Below are positions 39,431-49,003 of a stretch of DNA of 64,000 nucleotides, in pieces. Both the position numbers and the translations under genes were made by a program. Numbering within the stretch: the first letter of the stretch is position 1; every line of letters starts with the position of its first letter. Source of the stretch: a virus; the IMG/VR virus record IMGVR_UViG_3300028829_004335, one strand, 5' to 3'. The notes under the pieces were generated by a model that worked only from the letters and a program-made list of their open reading frames with translations, was not told where the DNA came from and did not search any database.

Positions 39431-40797
39431 TGTTCGGTCAAACATTTTATCACAGTCTAATAAGAAAATATGTTGCACTTGTAGGAACGCTTTTCAATGA
39501 CATTTACATTGAGAGAACTGATAGCACTAACACTGTAACAAAGTTTATAAAAGTTCCTATAACATATGCACCAAAAGATAAAATGTTTGCTAGAGTAATA
39601 CAAGACTCTGGTCTTGATAGAGAAACTGCAGTAATGCCTCTACCTATGATCTCATTTGAAATAGGACAAATGGCATATGATGGTTCAAGAAAATTGAATA
39701 CTGTTACTAGAACAGTTGTTGAAGATCCAACAACACCTGATAAAAGAAAATACCAATATAATCCAGTCCCATATAACATAGAATTTAAAGTATATGTTTA
39801 TGCTAATCACTCAGAAGATGCTTCTAAAATAGTAGAACAAATTCTTCCATATTTTACACCAGATTGGACAACAACAGTTCAACTTGTTCCAGAAGTTGAA
39901 ATGATTATGGATATTCCAGTTATTCTTGATAGAATAAACTATTCTGATAATTATGATGAAGCATATACAAAAAGAAGAGCAATTATTTGGTCTCTAGATT
40001 TAACATTAAAGGGTTATCTATATGGTCCTGTGAAATCTTCTGCTATTATCAAATTTGCAAATACAAACTTCTATATCCCTAAAAGAATTGGTGACTATGA
40101 TTTACAAGAGGAAGTACTTACAGTTATTTCGGGTAAGAATGTAAATAGCACAACAGATTTCATAACAATAAAAAATCAACCATTTGCCAATGGTGATTAT
40201 CTTGTTTATGCAAATGCAGATGGTAATTCTCAAATTACTGGTCTAACCAGTGGTTCAAAATATTATGCTGTTCAAGCAAATTCTACTGGTATTAAACTAT
40301 CCACTGAAAGATATGGTGGAACAGTTGATATAACATATGCATCCTCTAATACAACAAGCACATTAAGAAGAAATAGTGCAAGTAATACTGCAGTTGCAGA
40401 AAGAGTCACAGTTCAACCTGGTCTGACTTCTAATAATAAACCAACTGTTTTTGGTAATAATCAATTATTTGTTACAGCAACAGCAAATGCATCAATTGAA
40501 AATGGCGTCGTTTCTCATCTTACTATTAATGAAGATGGATATGGATATATTGATAATCCAACTGTTACTTTCTCAGCATCACCATCTGGTAATACTGCAA
40601 CTGCAACAGCAAATGTGAGTGAGTATAGAGTTGTAAAACTTAATATTACAAGTGGTGGTTCTGGTTATACTTCAGCACCAACAGTTACAATATCTGCTCC
40701 AGACGGAGTAACAGTTCCATTCTCACAAATTGAAGAAGATGATAACTATGGATATGTTATCAGTATATATAATTGGGAAGAACTGAATGGAGAATAG
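39430..40797 (+). CDS. gp15: Tail sheath terminator with large C-terminal insertion
   Basis: FYHSLIRKYVALVGTLFNDI...VPITYAPKDK...PVPYNIEF...EQILPYFTP...RRAIIWSLDLTLKGYLYGP, then about 200 extra aa. Confidence 0.92.
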   Translation: MFGQTFYHSLIRKYVALVGTLFNDIYIERTDSTNTVTKFIKVPITYAPKDKMFARVIQDSGLDRETAVMPLPMISFEIGQMAYDGSRKLNTVTRTVVEDPTTPDKRKYQYNPVPYNIEFKVYVYANHSEDASKIVEQILPYFTPDWTTTVQLVPEVEMIMDIPVILDRINYSDNYDEAYTKRRAIIWSLDLTLKGYLYGPVKSSAIIKFANTNFYIPKRIGDYDLQEEVLTVISGKNVNSTTDFITIKNQPFANGDYLVYANADGNSQITGLTSGSKYYAVQANSTGIKLSTERYGGTVDITYASSNTTSTLRRNSASNTAVAERVTVQPGLTSNNKPTVFGNNQLFVTATANASIENGVVSHLTINEDGYGYIDNPTVTFSASPSGNTATATANVSEYRVVKLNITSGGSGYTSAPTVTISAPDGVTVPFSQIEEDDNYGYVISIYNWEELNGE

Positions 40798-41218
40798 AAA
40801 ATTGAATGATGAAGAAGATCCTATTGGTGAAGCATTAGATATACTTCCTCCAGTAAAACAAGAAAAAGAAGAGAAAAAAGAATTAGTAATAGAAGAAGAT
40901 GATACTTCTGTTTCTGATTTTGTTTCTGCTCGCCAAAACATCCACGATATGATTGATGCTTCAAAAGAAGCAATTGATTTATTAGCAGGATTTGCTGAAA
41001 GATCACAACAACCAAGAGCATTTGAAGTTCTAGGAAAACTTATAGAAACAAATGTTAAAGCAAATAAAGATTTGTTGGAACTACAAGAAAAAATAAGACA
41101 AATCAAAGAATTAGATATTACTCCTGAAGGTAAAGCAAAAACAATTAATAATAATTTATTTGTTGGAAGCACAGCAGAACTTCAAAAAGTACTAAAGAAT
41201 ATGAAGAATGAAGAATAG
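40787..41218 (+). CDS. gp16: Terminase small subunit
   Basis: DFVSARQNI...QPRAFEVLGKLI...NNNLFVGSTAELQKVLK. Confidence 0.9.
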   Translation: MENRKLNDEEDPIGEALDILPPVKQEKEEKKELVIEEDDTSVSDFVSARQNIHDMIDASKEAIDLLAGFAERSQQPRAFEVLGKLIETNVKANKDLLELQEKIRQIKELDITPEGKAKTINNNLFVGSTAELQKVLKNMKNEE

Positions 41219-42863
41219 TGATATAGATGCTAAAGGTTATAAAGGTAATATTAATCTAAAGAGAATCAATCAAGAAATTGATTGGACTCCTGAACTTGTT
41301 CAAGAATATGTAAAATGCTCTGAAGACCCAGTATATTTTATTGAAACATATATGAAAATTATAAATGTTAATGAGGGTCTTGTAAACTTTAATTTATATG
41401 ACTACCAAAAACAAATGATTAGTGGATTTCAGGATAATAGATTTAATATTATTACAACTGCTAGACAAGCAGGAAAATCTACAACCACCTGCGGTTTTAT
41501 TCTTTGGTACATTATATTTCATTCAGAAAAAACGGTAGCACTTCTAGCAAACAAGGGTGATACTGCTAGAGAAATTCTTGGTAAAATTCAACTTGCTTAT
41601 CAACATTTGCCCAAATGGTTACAACAAGGTGTAACTGAATGGAATAAAGGTTCTTTTGAATTAGAAAATAATTCAAGAGTTATTGCTGCTGCTACATCTT
41701 CAAGTGCTATTCGTGGTTATGCTATCAACTTACTCTTTATTGATGAGGCAGCATTTATTGAAGGATGGGATGAATTCTTTACTTCTGTTTATCCTACTAT
41801 ATCTTCAGGTGATGAAACTAAAATTGTTCTTGTTTCAACACCAAATGGTTTAAATCATTTCTATAGTATATGGGTAAATGCTGTTCAAAAAAGGAATCAA
41901 TATAACTTTATGAAAGTTATGTGGCAAGATGTTCCCAACCGTGATGGTAAATGGAAAGATGAAACTCTTGCTGCAATGAACTTTGATATTGAAAAGTTTC
42001 AGCAAGAATATGAGTGTGAATTTCTTGGTTCATCTGGAACACTGATTGCTGGTTGGAAATTAAAAGAACTTGTTCATATGAATCCTGTGTCTGACAAAGA
42101 AGGTCTTACACAATATAAACAAGCAGAAAAAGAACACGCATATATAACAGTATGTGATGTTTCTCGTGGTAAGGGACTGGATTATTCTGCTTTTCAGGTT
42201 ATAGATGTAACATCTATGCCTTATCAACAAGTTTGTGTTTATAGAAATAATGCTATTTCGCCTGTTGATTATGCTAGTATGATACACGGAGTAGCAAGAG
42301 GTTATAATGATTCTGCTGTTCTTGTAGAAATTAATGATATCGGTGAACAAGTTTCACATTCACTTCACTATGATTTGGGATATGATAATATTCTTTTTAC
42401 TGAAAATGCTGGTAGAAGTGGTAAAAGAATTACAGGTGGATTTGGTAAAGGAGAAATAGACAAAGGTGTCAGAACAACTAAAATTGTAAAATCAGTTGGT
42501 TGTTCTATATTAAAATTATTAATTGAACAAAATCAATTAATAATAAATGATTTTAATACTATTAATGAACTTTCTACCTTTTCTAAAAAAGGTAAATCGT
42601 ATGAAGCTGAACATAATAAACACGATGACTTGGTAATGTGTTTGGTTTTATTTGCTTGGTTATCAGATCAAGATTATTTTAAAGAATATACTGATATTAA
42701 TACTCTTATGTCTTTAAGAGAAAAAACTGAAGAAGATATTGAGCAAGATTTAGCTCCTTTTGGATTTATTTTTGATGGGCGTGAAGATTTTTATGATGAA
42801 TCTTTTGAAGAAATAAATCCAGATGCGTGGATGTTTAACGACTCGTTGAAAATCAACTTTTAA
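41208..42863 (+). CDS. gp17: Terminase large subunit
   Basis: ARQAGKST Walker A; LLFIDEAAF; IVLVSTPNG; DVSRGKGLDYS; HDDLVM. Confidence 0.97.
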   Translation: MKNSDIDAKGYKGNINLKRINQEIDWTPELVQEYVKCSEDPVYFIETYMKIINVNEGLVNFNLYDYQKQMISGFQDNRFNIITTARQAGKSTTTCGFILWYIIFHSEKTVALLANKGDTAREILGKIQLAYQHLPKWLQQGVTEWNKGSFELENNSRVIAAATSSSAIRGYAINLLFIDEAAFIEGWDEFFTSVYPTISSGDETKIVLVSTPNGLNHFYSIWVNAVQKRNQYNFMKVMWQDVPNRDGKWKDETLAAMNFDIEKFQQEYECEFLGSSGTLIAGWKLKELVHMNPVSDKEGLTQYKQAEKEHAYITVCDVSRGKGLDYSAFQVIDVTSMPYQQVCVYRNNAISPVDYASMIHGVARGYNDSAVLVEINDIGEQVSHSLHYDLGYDNILFTENAGRSGKRITGGFGKGEIDKGVRTTKIVKSVGCSILKLLIEQNQLIINDFNTINELSTFSKKGKSYEAEHNKHDDLVMCLVLFAWLSDQDYFKEYTDINTLMSLREKTEEDIEQDLAPFGFIFDGREDFYDESFEEINPDAWMFNDSLKINF

Positions 42864-42909
42864 TAAATACTAAAAAATATCGTATTCAATCCACGTAAAG
42901 GAGAATAAA

Positions 42910-45468
42910 ATGCCATTTCAGTTAAGCCCAGGTGTTAATATTACTGAAATTGATTTAACAACTGTAGTGCCTGCCGTAGCCACTACAGATGGTGCCATTG
43001 CTGGTGTCTTTCGTTGGGGTCCAATTAAAGACAGAGTTCTTATTGATTCAGAAAATCTTTTAGTTTCAAGATTTGGTAAGCCAACAAATTTTAATGCTGA
43101 AACATTTTTCACTGCTGCTAATTTCTTAGCATATGGTAATAGACTATATGTTTCTCGTGCAGCAGATGTAGACGGTGCTACTCCACAAGTAGATAGTGCT
43201 GTAGCAAATACTTCTGCTTCTGGTGGTGCTGTTTTCACTGCATCAAATACAACTGCTATTTCTGTTGGTATGTATGTAACACAGACAAGTAATTCTACAG
43301 TTATTAATGCCACTGGCAAATCAGTAAATGTTACTGCAGTAAACTCTTCTTCATTTACTCTTAGTAAAAATGCTGCTGCAAATGATACAATGTCATTCTA
43401 TTTTGCTAATCCAGAAACAACTTATACATCTGTTGCTATTCAGTCAGATTCATCAAATGGTATTGTTTCAAACCTTGTAAATCAGATTGTTCTTAATGAA
43501 CAAAGATATGATGATAAAGATGGACAATTTGATGCTGATGTTCTTTATGTAGCAAAATATCCTGGTAAATTAGGTAACGATTTAAGAGTTTCTGTATGTG
43601 ATGCTTTTGACGGGTTCTCTTCAAACATTGCACTTTCTAACTCAACAGTAAATACTGCAGTTGAATTTAGAGTTGGTTCAAATACAGCAACAATCAAGTT
43701 TGAAGGAACTTCAAATGCTTCTGCAGCTGCAGTAGCTGGACAACTTTCCGTTGGAGATCAAATCCTTACTGGTAACTCATCTATTTCAAAGCAGTATCTA
43801 CAGTTAAAATCTAAGACTGTAAATTCTACATATGTTAATACTTCTGCAATTTCTATTTCAGGTGCAGTTGTAAATAGTGCTCTTGACTTTATCACCATTT
43901 CTTCTAACCCATATACAAATGGTGATATTGTTGTTTATGCAAATGCTGCTGGTAATGCAGAAATTACTGGTCTAACTAGTGGTGATACATATCACGTTGT
44001 TCAAGCAAACACAGCGGGTGTTAAACTTTCAACTACACCTTTTGGTTCACCAGTAGATATTTCATATGTTGCTTCTAATACTTCTGGAACTTTAACTGGT
44101 AATACAAATACAATTGTTCTTGGTTTTGAAGACCCATATAGACTAAGAAAAGATTTTGTTGACACTAAAGTTCAAAGATATTGGGAATTTTTTAATGTCA
44201 TTGATACAGCACCAGGACAATCTGACTTTATGAGATTTAATGGTAATACTTCTGCAAATGATGAAATGCACGTTGTAGTTGTTGATGAAGATGGTGGTTT
44301 CACAGGAACTCCTGGTTCTATTCTAGAAACATTTAAGAATATTTCTAGAGCATCTGATGCAGTTAATAATGATGGTGCTACAAATTATTATAAAGAAGTT
44401 ATTAATGATGTTTCAAATTATATTTGGTGGGCAAATGACAGAACAACTGCAGTTTCAAACACTGCTATTAGTCTTGAATCTGCTTCAAATACAACTCCTG
44501 CTTCTTATAATTTCACATTAGGTGAAGATGGTAAGAGTGAAGCACTTACTCCTGTTGCAACCCTAATGGAAGCATATGATGAATTTAGATCTTCAGAAGA
44601 TGTTGATATTTCACTTATTATGCAGGGCAAACCAAGAGGCGGTACAACAGTATCTGGTGGCGAAACAATTGAAAACTTCCAACTAGCAAATTATATTATT
44701 GATAATATTTGCGAAATTAGAAAAGACTGTGTTGTTCTTATTTCTCCAGATAAAAGTAAAGTTCTAAATAACTATGGAAATGAAGCAGAGTCTCTTGTAA
44801 ACTTTAGAAATGTTCTTCGTAGCTCATCATATGGTATTATGGATTCTGGTTATAAGTATATGTATGACCGTTACAACGACCTTTATCGTTATATTCCATT
44901 AAATGGTGATGTTGCTGGTCTTTGTGTAAGAACAGATCAAACAAGAGATCCTTGGTTCTCTCCAGCTGGATTTAATCGTGGCCAGATTAAAAATATTATT
45001 AAACTACCATTCAATCCAAGAAAAGCAGAAAGAGATCTAATGTATCCGAATGGAGTCAATCCAGTTGTTGCTTTCCCTGGTCAAAGCACTATTCTATTTG
45101 GTGATAGAACTCTACTAAATAAACCAAGTGCTTTTGATAGAATCAACGTTCGTAGATTGTTTATTGTACTTGAAAAAGCAATTTCTGTTGTTGCTAAATT
45201 CTCACTCTTCGAATTTAACGATGCATTTACTAGATCACAATTTAAGAATCTAATTGTACCATACCTCAGAACTGTTCAAGGTCGTCGTGGTATTACAGAT
45301 TTCTTAGTTGTGTGTGACGAAACAAACAACACTCCTGATGTAATTGATAGAAACGAATTTGTTGGAGACATTTATATCAAACCAGCTCGTTCTATTAACT
45401 TTATTCAGTTGAATTTCGTAGCAGTTGGAACTGGTGTACAATTCTCTGAAGTCGTCGGACGCTTCTAA
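42910..45468 (+). CDS. gp18: Tail sheath protein with inserted domains
   Basis: QLSPGVNITEIDLT...FRWGP...PWFSPAGFNRG...AFDRINVRRLF...IKPARSINFIQLNF. Confidence 0.97.
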   Translation: MPFQLSPGVNITEIDLTTVVPAVATTDGAIAGVFRWGPIKDRVLIDSENLLVSRFGKPTNFNAETFFTAANFLAYGNRLYVSRAADVDGATPQVDSAVANTSASGGAVFTASNTTAISVGMYVTQTSNSTVINATGKSVNVTAVNSSSFTLSKNAAANDTMSFYFANPETTYTSVAIQSDSSNGIVSNLVNQIVLNEQRYDDKDGQFDADVLYVAKYPGKLGNDLRVSVCDAFDGFSSNIALSNSTVNTAVEFRVGSNTATIKFEGTSNASAAAVAGQLSVGDQILTGNSSISKQYLQLKSKTVNSTYVNTSAISISGAVVNSALDFITISSNPYTNGDIVVYANAAGNAEITGLTSGDTYHVVQANTAGVKLSTTPFGSPVDISYVASNTSGTLTGNTNTIVLGFEDPYRLRKDFVDTKVQRYWEFFNVIDTAPGQSDFMRFNGNTSANDEMHVVVVDEDGGFTGTPGSILETFKNISRASDAVNNDGATNYYKEVINDVSNYIWWANDRTTAVSNTAISLESASNTTPASYNFTLGEDGKSEALTPVATLMEAYDEFRSSEDVDISLIMQGKPRGGTTVSGGETIENFQLANYIIDNICEIRKDCVVLISPDKSKVLNNYGNEAESLVNFRNVLRSSSYGIMDSGYKYMYDRYNDLYRYIPLNGDVAGLCVRTDQTRDPWFSPAGFNRGQIKNIIKLPFNPRKAERDLMYPNGVNPVVAFPGQSTILFGDRTLLNKPSAFDRINVRRLFIVLEKAISVVAKFSLFEFNDAFTRSQFKNLIVPYLRTVQGRRGITDFLVVCDETNNTPDVIDRNEFVGDIYIKPARSINFIQLNFVAVGTGVQFSEVVGRF

Positions 45469-45476
45469 TATAAATA
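45469..45476 (+). promoter_or_regulatory. Late promoter for gp19
   Basis: Exact TATAAATA immediately after the gp18 stop. Confidence 0.8.
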
Positions 45477-45505
45477 CTAAATAGATACAAATACAGGAGT
45501 AAAAG

Positions 45506-46120
45506 ATGCCTTTTAACATTAGTTCCTTTAAAGAAAACGGTCTGGTATATGGTGGTGCCAGACCATCCCTCTTCTCTGTGACACTTAATGTGCCACAGGG
45601 AATTGGTATTGATAATGTTTCAGTAGACAAGTTTAGATTTATGTGTAGATCAGCTGAACTTCCACCATCAGCAGTAGCAGCTATTGATGTCCCATATTTT
45701 GGAAGAAGAATTAAAATTGGTGGTGATAGAGCTTTTGGCGATTGGTCTGTTAATGTTATGAACGATGAAGACTTTGCTGTAAAAGCATTATTTGAAAAAT
45801 GGTCAAATGCTATTAACAGAATGCAATCTAATGTTCGTGATCCAAATGTTTCTACCGAAGAATATAAACAAGATTTAATGTGTACCCAATATTCTAAAGA
45901 TGGTATTAAAATTAGAGAATATAGAATTATTGGTGCGTTCCCAACAACAGTAGCTGGCATTGGATTAGACTGGGATTCTCAAAATACTGTTGAAACATTT
46001 GGTGTTACATTTGCATATGATTATTGGGTTCCAGAAATTGAAACTTCTGATAAGAAAGCTGGTGGTGTAAATGCTTACAGACCAGAATCAGAACTAGATG
46101 GTCCTTTAGGTCCAGAATAA
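45506..46120 (+). CDS. gp19: Tail tube protein
   Basis: GGARPSLFSV...FMCRSAELP...YFGRRIKIGGDRAFGDWSVNVMNDEDF...FGVTFAYDYW. Confidence 0.96.
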   Translation: MPFNISSFKENGLVYGGARPSLFSVTLNVPQGIGIDNVSVDKFRFMCRSAELPPSAVAAIDVPYFGRRIKIGGDRAFGDWSVNVMNDEDFAVKALFEKWSNAINRMQSNVRDPNVSTEEYKQDLMCTQYSKDGIKIREYRIIGAFPTTVAGIGLDWDSQNTVETFGVTFAYDYWVPEIETSDKKAGGVNAYRPESELDGPLGPE

Positions 46121-46155
46121 TATTTGAAATAACTTTATAAAAGGTAAATTATTTT

Positions 46156-47958
46156 ATGGCAGAAAACCAATCTTTATTTGGATTTATTTTTAAACGCAAA
46201 GAGAAGGAAGAAAAGGTTGAATCTTTTGTTCCTAAAGGTGATGATACTGGTGCAACTACTATCTCTGCTGCGTCTGGTGGTGCATATGGAACATATGTAG
46301 ATTTAGATGGTACTGTTAGATCTGAAGCAGATCTAGTTACAAGATATCGTGATATGTCTCTTCATCCAGAATGTGATTCAGCAATTGATGAGATTGTAAA
46401 CGAATCTATTTCAATAGATGAAGAGACTATCGTTGATATTAATCTTGATGACATACAAATTGATGATAAAATTAAAGATGTTATTAGACAAGAATTTTAT
46501 GAATGTCTAAGAATTATAGAATTTAATAAGTATGCATATGATATATACAGAAGATGGTATGTAGATGGTAGATTGTATTACCATGTTGTAGTTGATCCAG
46601 CAAATCCAAAAAATGGTATCAAAGAAATTAGATACATTGATCCTCGTAAAATGAGGAAAGTTCGTGAGATTACCAAAAAACCTATGACAAAACAAAGTGG
46701 TGATGGTGGTATCACAAAAGTTGTAAAAGAATACTACATTTATAATGATAAAGGATTTAACTATGGTAACAAAACAGTTGGACCTACTACAACTGGTTTA
46801 AAAATATCAAAAGATGCTATTGTTCATACAGTATCTGGATTAACTGATACACAAGGAAAGATGGTTTTATCTCATTTACATAAAGCTATCAAAGCACTAA
46901 ATCAGTTAAGAACATTAGAAGATGCTGTAGTTATCTATAGAATTTCAAGAGCACCTGAAAGAAGAATTTGGTATATTGATGTTGGTAATCTACCAAAGAT
47001 GAAAGCAGAACAATATGTTCGTGAAATTATGGTTAAACATAAAAATAGATTAATATATGATGCTGCTTCTGGTGAAGTTAGAGATGATAGAAGATTTATG
47101 ACTATGTTGGAAGATTATTGGCTTCCAAGAAGAGAAGGTGGTAGAGGAACTGAAGTTTCTACACTACCTCCAGGTCAAAATCTAGGGCAGATGGAAGATG
47201 TTTTATATTTTCAAAAGAGATTTTTACAGTCTCTAAACGTTCCATCTAATAGATTAAACAATGATACTCTTTTCTCTATGGGTAGAGCAACTGAAATTAC
47301 AAGAGACGAAGTTAAATTTAATAAGTTTATTATTAGACTAAGATCTAGATTTTCACATTTGTTTTATTCATTGCTCGAAAAACAACTTGTTCTAAAACAA
47401 GTTATGACAGTTGAAGAATGGGAACAAATTTCTTCTCTTATTAGATTTGATTTTTCTACTACAAGTTACTTTACTGAATTGAAAAAAGCAGAAATTGAAC
47501 AAGCAAGACTTTCTCTTGCTAGAGATTTCCAAGATATGGCTGGTAAATACTATTCACACAACTGGGTTCGTAGAAATGTTCTACAACAAACTGATACTGA
47601 TATTGGACGGATGGATGGTGAGATTGGTCAAGAAATTGAATCTCAAGATCCAAGATGGTTTAATCCAGTTGTAGCACAAAATGAAGAACAGATGACGCAA
47701 ATGCAAATGCAACAACAACAAATGCAAGGTGGTGGACAACAAGAAACTCCATCTGGTGGTGCTAGTGATCCAGAAGGTGGTGGAAGTAATGAAAATGCAG
47801 ATAAATTAAGAAAAATACAACAAGCACAGCGTGATATTGATATGCTAGAAAAGAAAAAAGGAAATAGAACTCCTCAAGAAGAGACTAGATATAGATCATT
47901 ATTACAAGTTGTAGCTAAAAACAGAGGGTTCATGAAACAAATGGGGATAGCAGTATAA
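46156..47958 (+). CDS. gp20: Portal vertex protein with C-terminal extension
   Basis: YRDMSLHPECDSAIDEIVNE...RAPERRIWYIDVGNLPKMKAEQY...MLEDYWLPRREGGRGTE. Confidence 0.97.
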   Translation: MAENQSLFGFIFKRKEKEEKVESFVPKGDDTGATTISAASGGAYGTYVDLDGTVRSEADLVTRYRDMSLHPECDSAIDEIVNESISIDEETIVDINLDDIQIDDKIKDVIRQEFYECLRIIEFNKYAYDIYRRWYVDGRLYYHVVVDPANPKNGIKEIRYIDPRKMRKVREITKKPMTKQSGDGGITKVVKEYYIYNDKGFNYGNKTVGPTTTGLKISKDAIVHTVSGLTDTQGKMVLSHLHKAIKALNQLRTLEDAVVIYRISRAPERRIWYIDVGNLPKMKAEQYVREIMVKHKNRLIYDAASGEVRDDRRFMTMLEDYWLPRREGGRGTEVSTLPPGQNLGQMEDVLYFQKRFLQSLNVPSNRLNNDTLFSMGRATEITRDEVKFNKFIIRLRSRFSHLFYSLLEKQLVLKQVMTVEEWEQISSLIRFDFSTTSYFTELKKAEIEQARLSLARDFQDMAGKYYSHNWVRRNVLQQTDTDIGRMDGEIGQEIESQDPRWFNPVVAQNEEQMTQMQMQQQQMQGGGQQETPSGGASDPEGGGSNENADKLRKIQQAQRDIDMLEKKKGNRTPQEETRYRSLLQVVAKNRGFMKQMGIAV

Positions 47959-48158
47959 TGGAAAATACCACATCAGCAGTAGATTTAATTAGAGCAGCAA
48001 CAGAAGAAAAACCTGGAGATTTTGAAGCATCTTTTAATAGTATTATGCTTGATAAACTAAGAGATGCTGTCAGGGAAAGAAAAATTGAAGTTGCTAAAAA
48101 TATGTATAACTATAAACCCATTGAAGAACCAGAAGATAACGAGGTAGAAGATGCCTAA
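47958..48158 (+). CDS. Small prohead core-associated protein (gp67-like position)
   Basis: Acidic 66-aa ORF directly after the portal. Confidence 0.55.
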   Translation: MENTTSAVDLIRAATEEKPGDFEASFNSIMLDKLRDAVRERKIEVAKNMYNYKPIEEPEDNEVEDA

Positions 48159-48672
48159 GCACCTAAGAGATATTGTAGCAAGACTACCTGATACAACACC
48201 AAAAAATTACGATAGTCTATATGGCAAGAGAAAAGTTGAAAAGGTTACTCTTGGTCAAAATGATGACTATTACATTGGTAGTGATGATAAAGGTGCTAAA
48301 AAATTCGTTGCTAAACACGAAGTAGAAGTTCACGATTATCCAGTTCAAAATGATGGTGATGTTCCATTCAAAGCAGTAAATATTAAACCGGTTCTCGCAT
48401 CAGATGTTGCGAAACAACACGGATATCAAGGATATCCTGCTGGTGAGGACAGGAAAGTCTATGAAGAAGTAGAACAGCTTGATGAAAAATCTGTGAGTGA
48501 AAATCAACAAAAACTAATGGCAATGGCTCTTATGTATAAGAGAGGCAAAATGAAAAACGCTTCTCCTGCTGTTATTAAGTTAGCAAAATCTATGACCGAA
48601 AAACAACTTGAAGATTTTGCAAAAACAAAACATAAAGGATTGCCTGAAAAGGTTGATAAAAAAAAAGAATAA
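48151..48672 (+). CDS. Head-assembly region protein with DUF3008-like C-terminus
   Basis: KSVSENQQKLMAMAL..KRG...SMTEKQLEDFAKTKHKGLPEK. Confidence 0.7.
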   Translation: MPKHLRDIVARLPDTTPKNYDSLYGKRKVEKVTLGQNDDYYIGSDDKGAKKFVAKHEVEVHDYPVQNDGDVPFKAVNIKPVLASDVAKQHGYQGYPAGEDRKVYEEVEQLDEKSVSENQQKLMAMALMYKRGKMKNASPAVIKLAKSMTEKQLEDFAKTKHKGLPEKVDKKKE

Positions 48673-48774
48673 ATAATAGTAATATATACTACTATGATAA
48701 GAGTGATGCAGTTAGCACAGCAAGTCCAACTGTAAATACAACAGAACCATATCAAGGAATATTAAGGGTGTAAA

Positions 48775-49002
48775 ATGATTTTAAAAGTATTAGGACCTGA
48801 AATATCTATAGGAACAGCAAATACTGTTGCTAATTCTAATTTAGTTAGAGTCATTAACACTGGCGCAGCTGCTGTTCTTAATGTAGGTAGTGTTGGGAAT
48901 GTAACGGTAACTAACACAGAAGCAGTTATTGTAGAAAAAGAACCCACAGAAACTTTAACAGGAACTGGTATGGTAGCAGCTCCAATAGCTTTTAGGCACT
49001 AA
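48775..49002 (+). CDS. Small conserved protein upstream of the prohead protease
   Basis: LVRVINTG...IVEKEPTETL...APIAF; synteny. Confidence 0.65.
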   Translation: MILKVLGPEISIGTANTVANSNLVRVINTGAAAVLNVGSVGNVTVTNTEAVIVEKEPTETLTGTGMVAAPIAFRH

Positions 49003-49003
49003 G

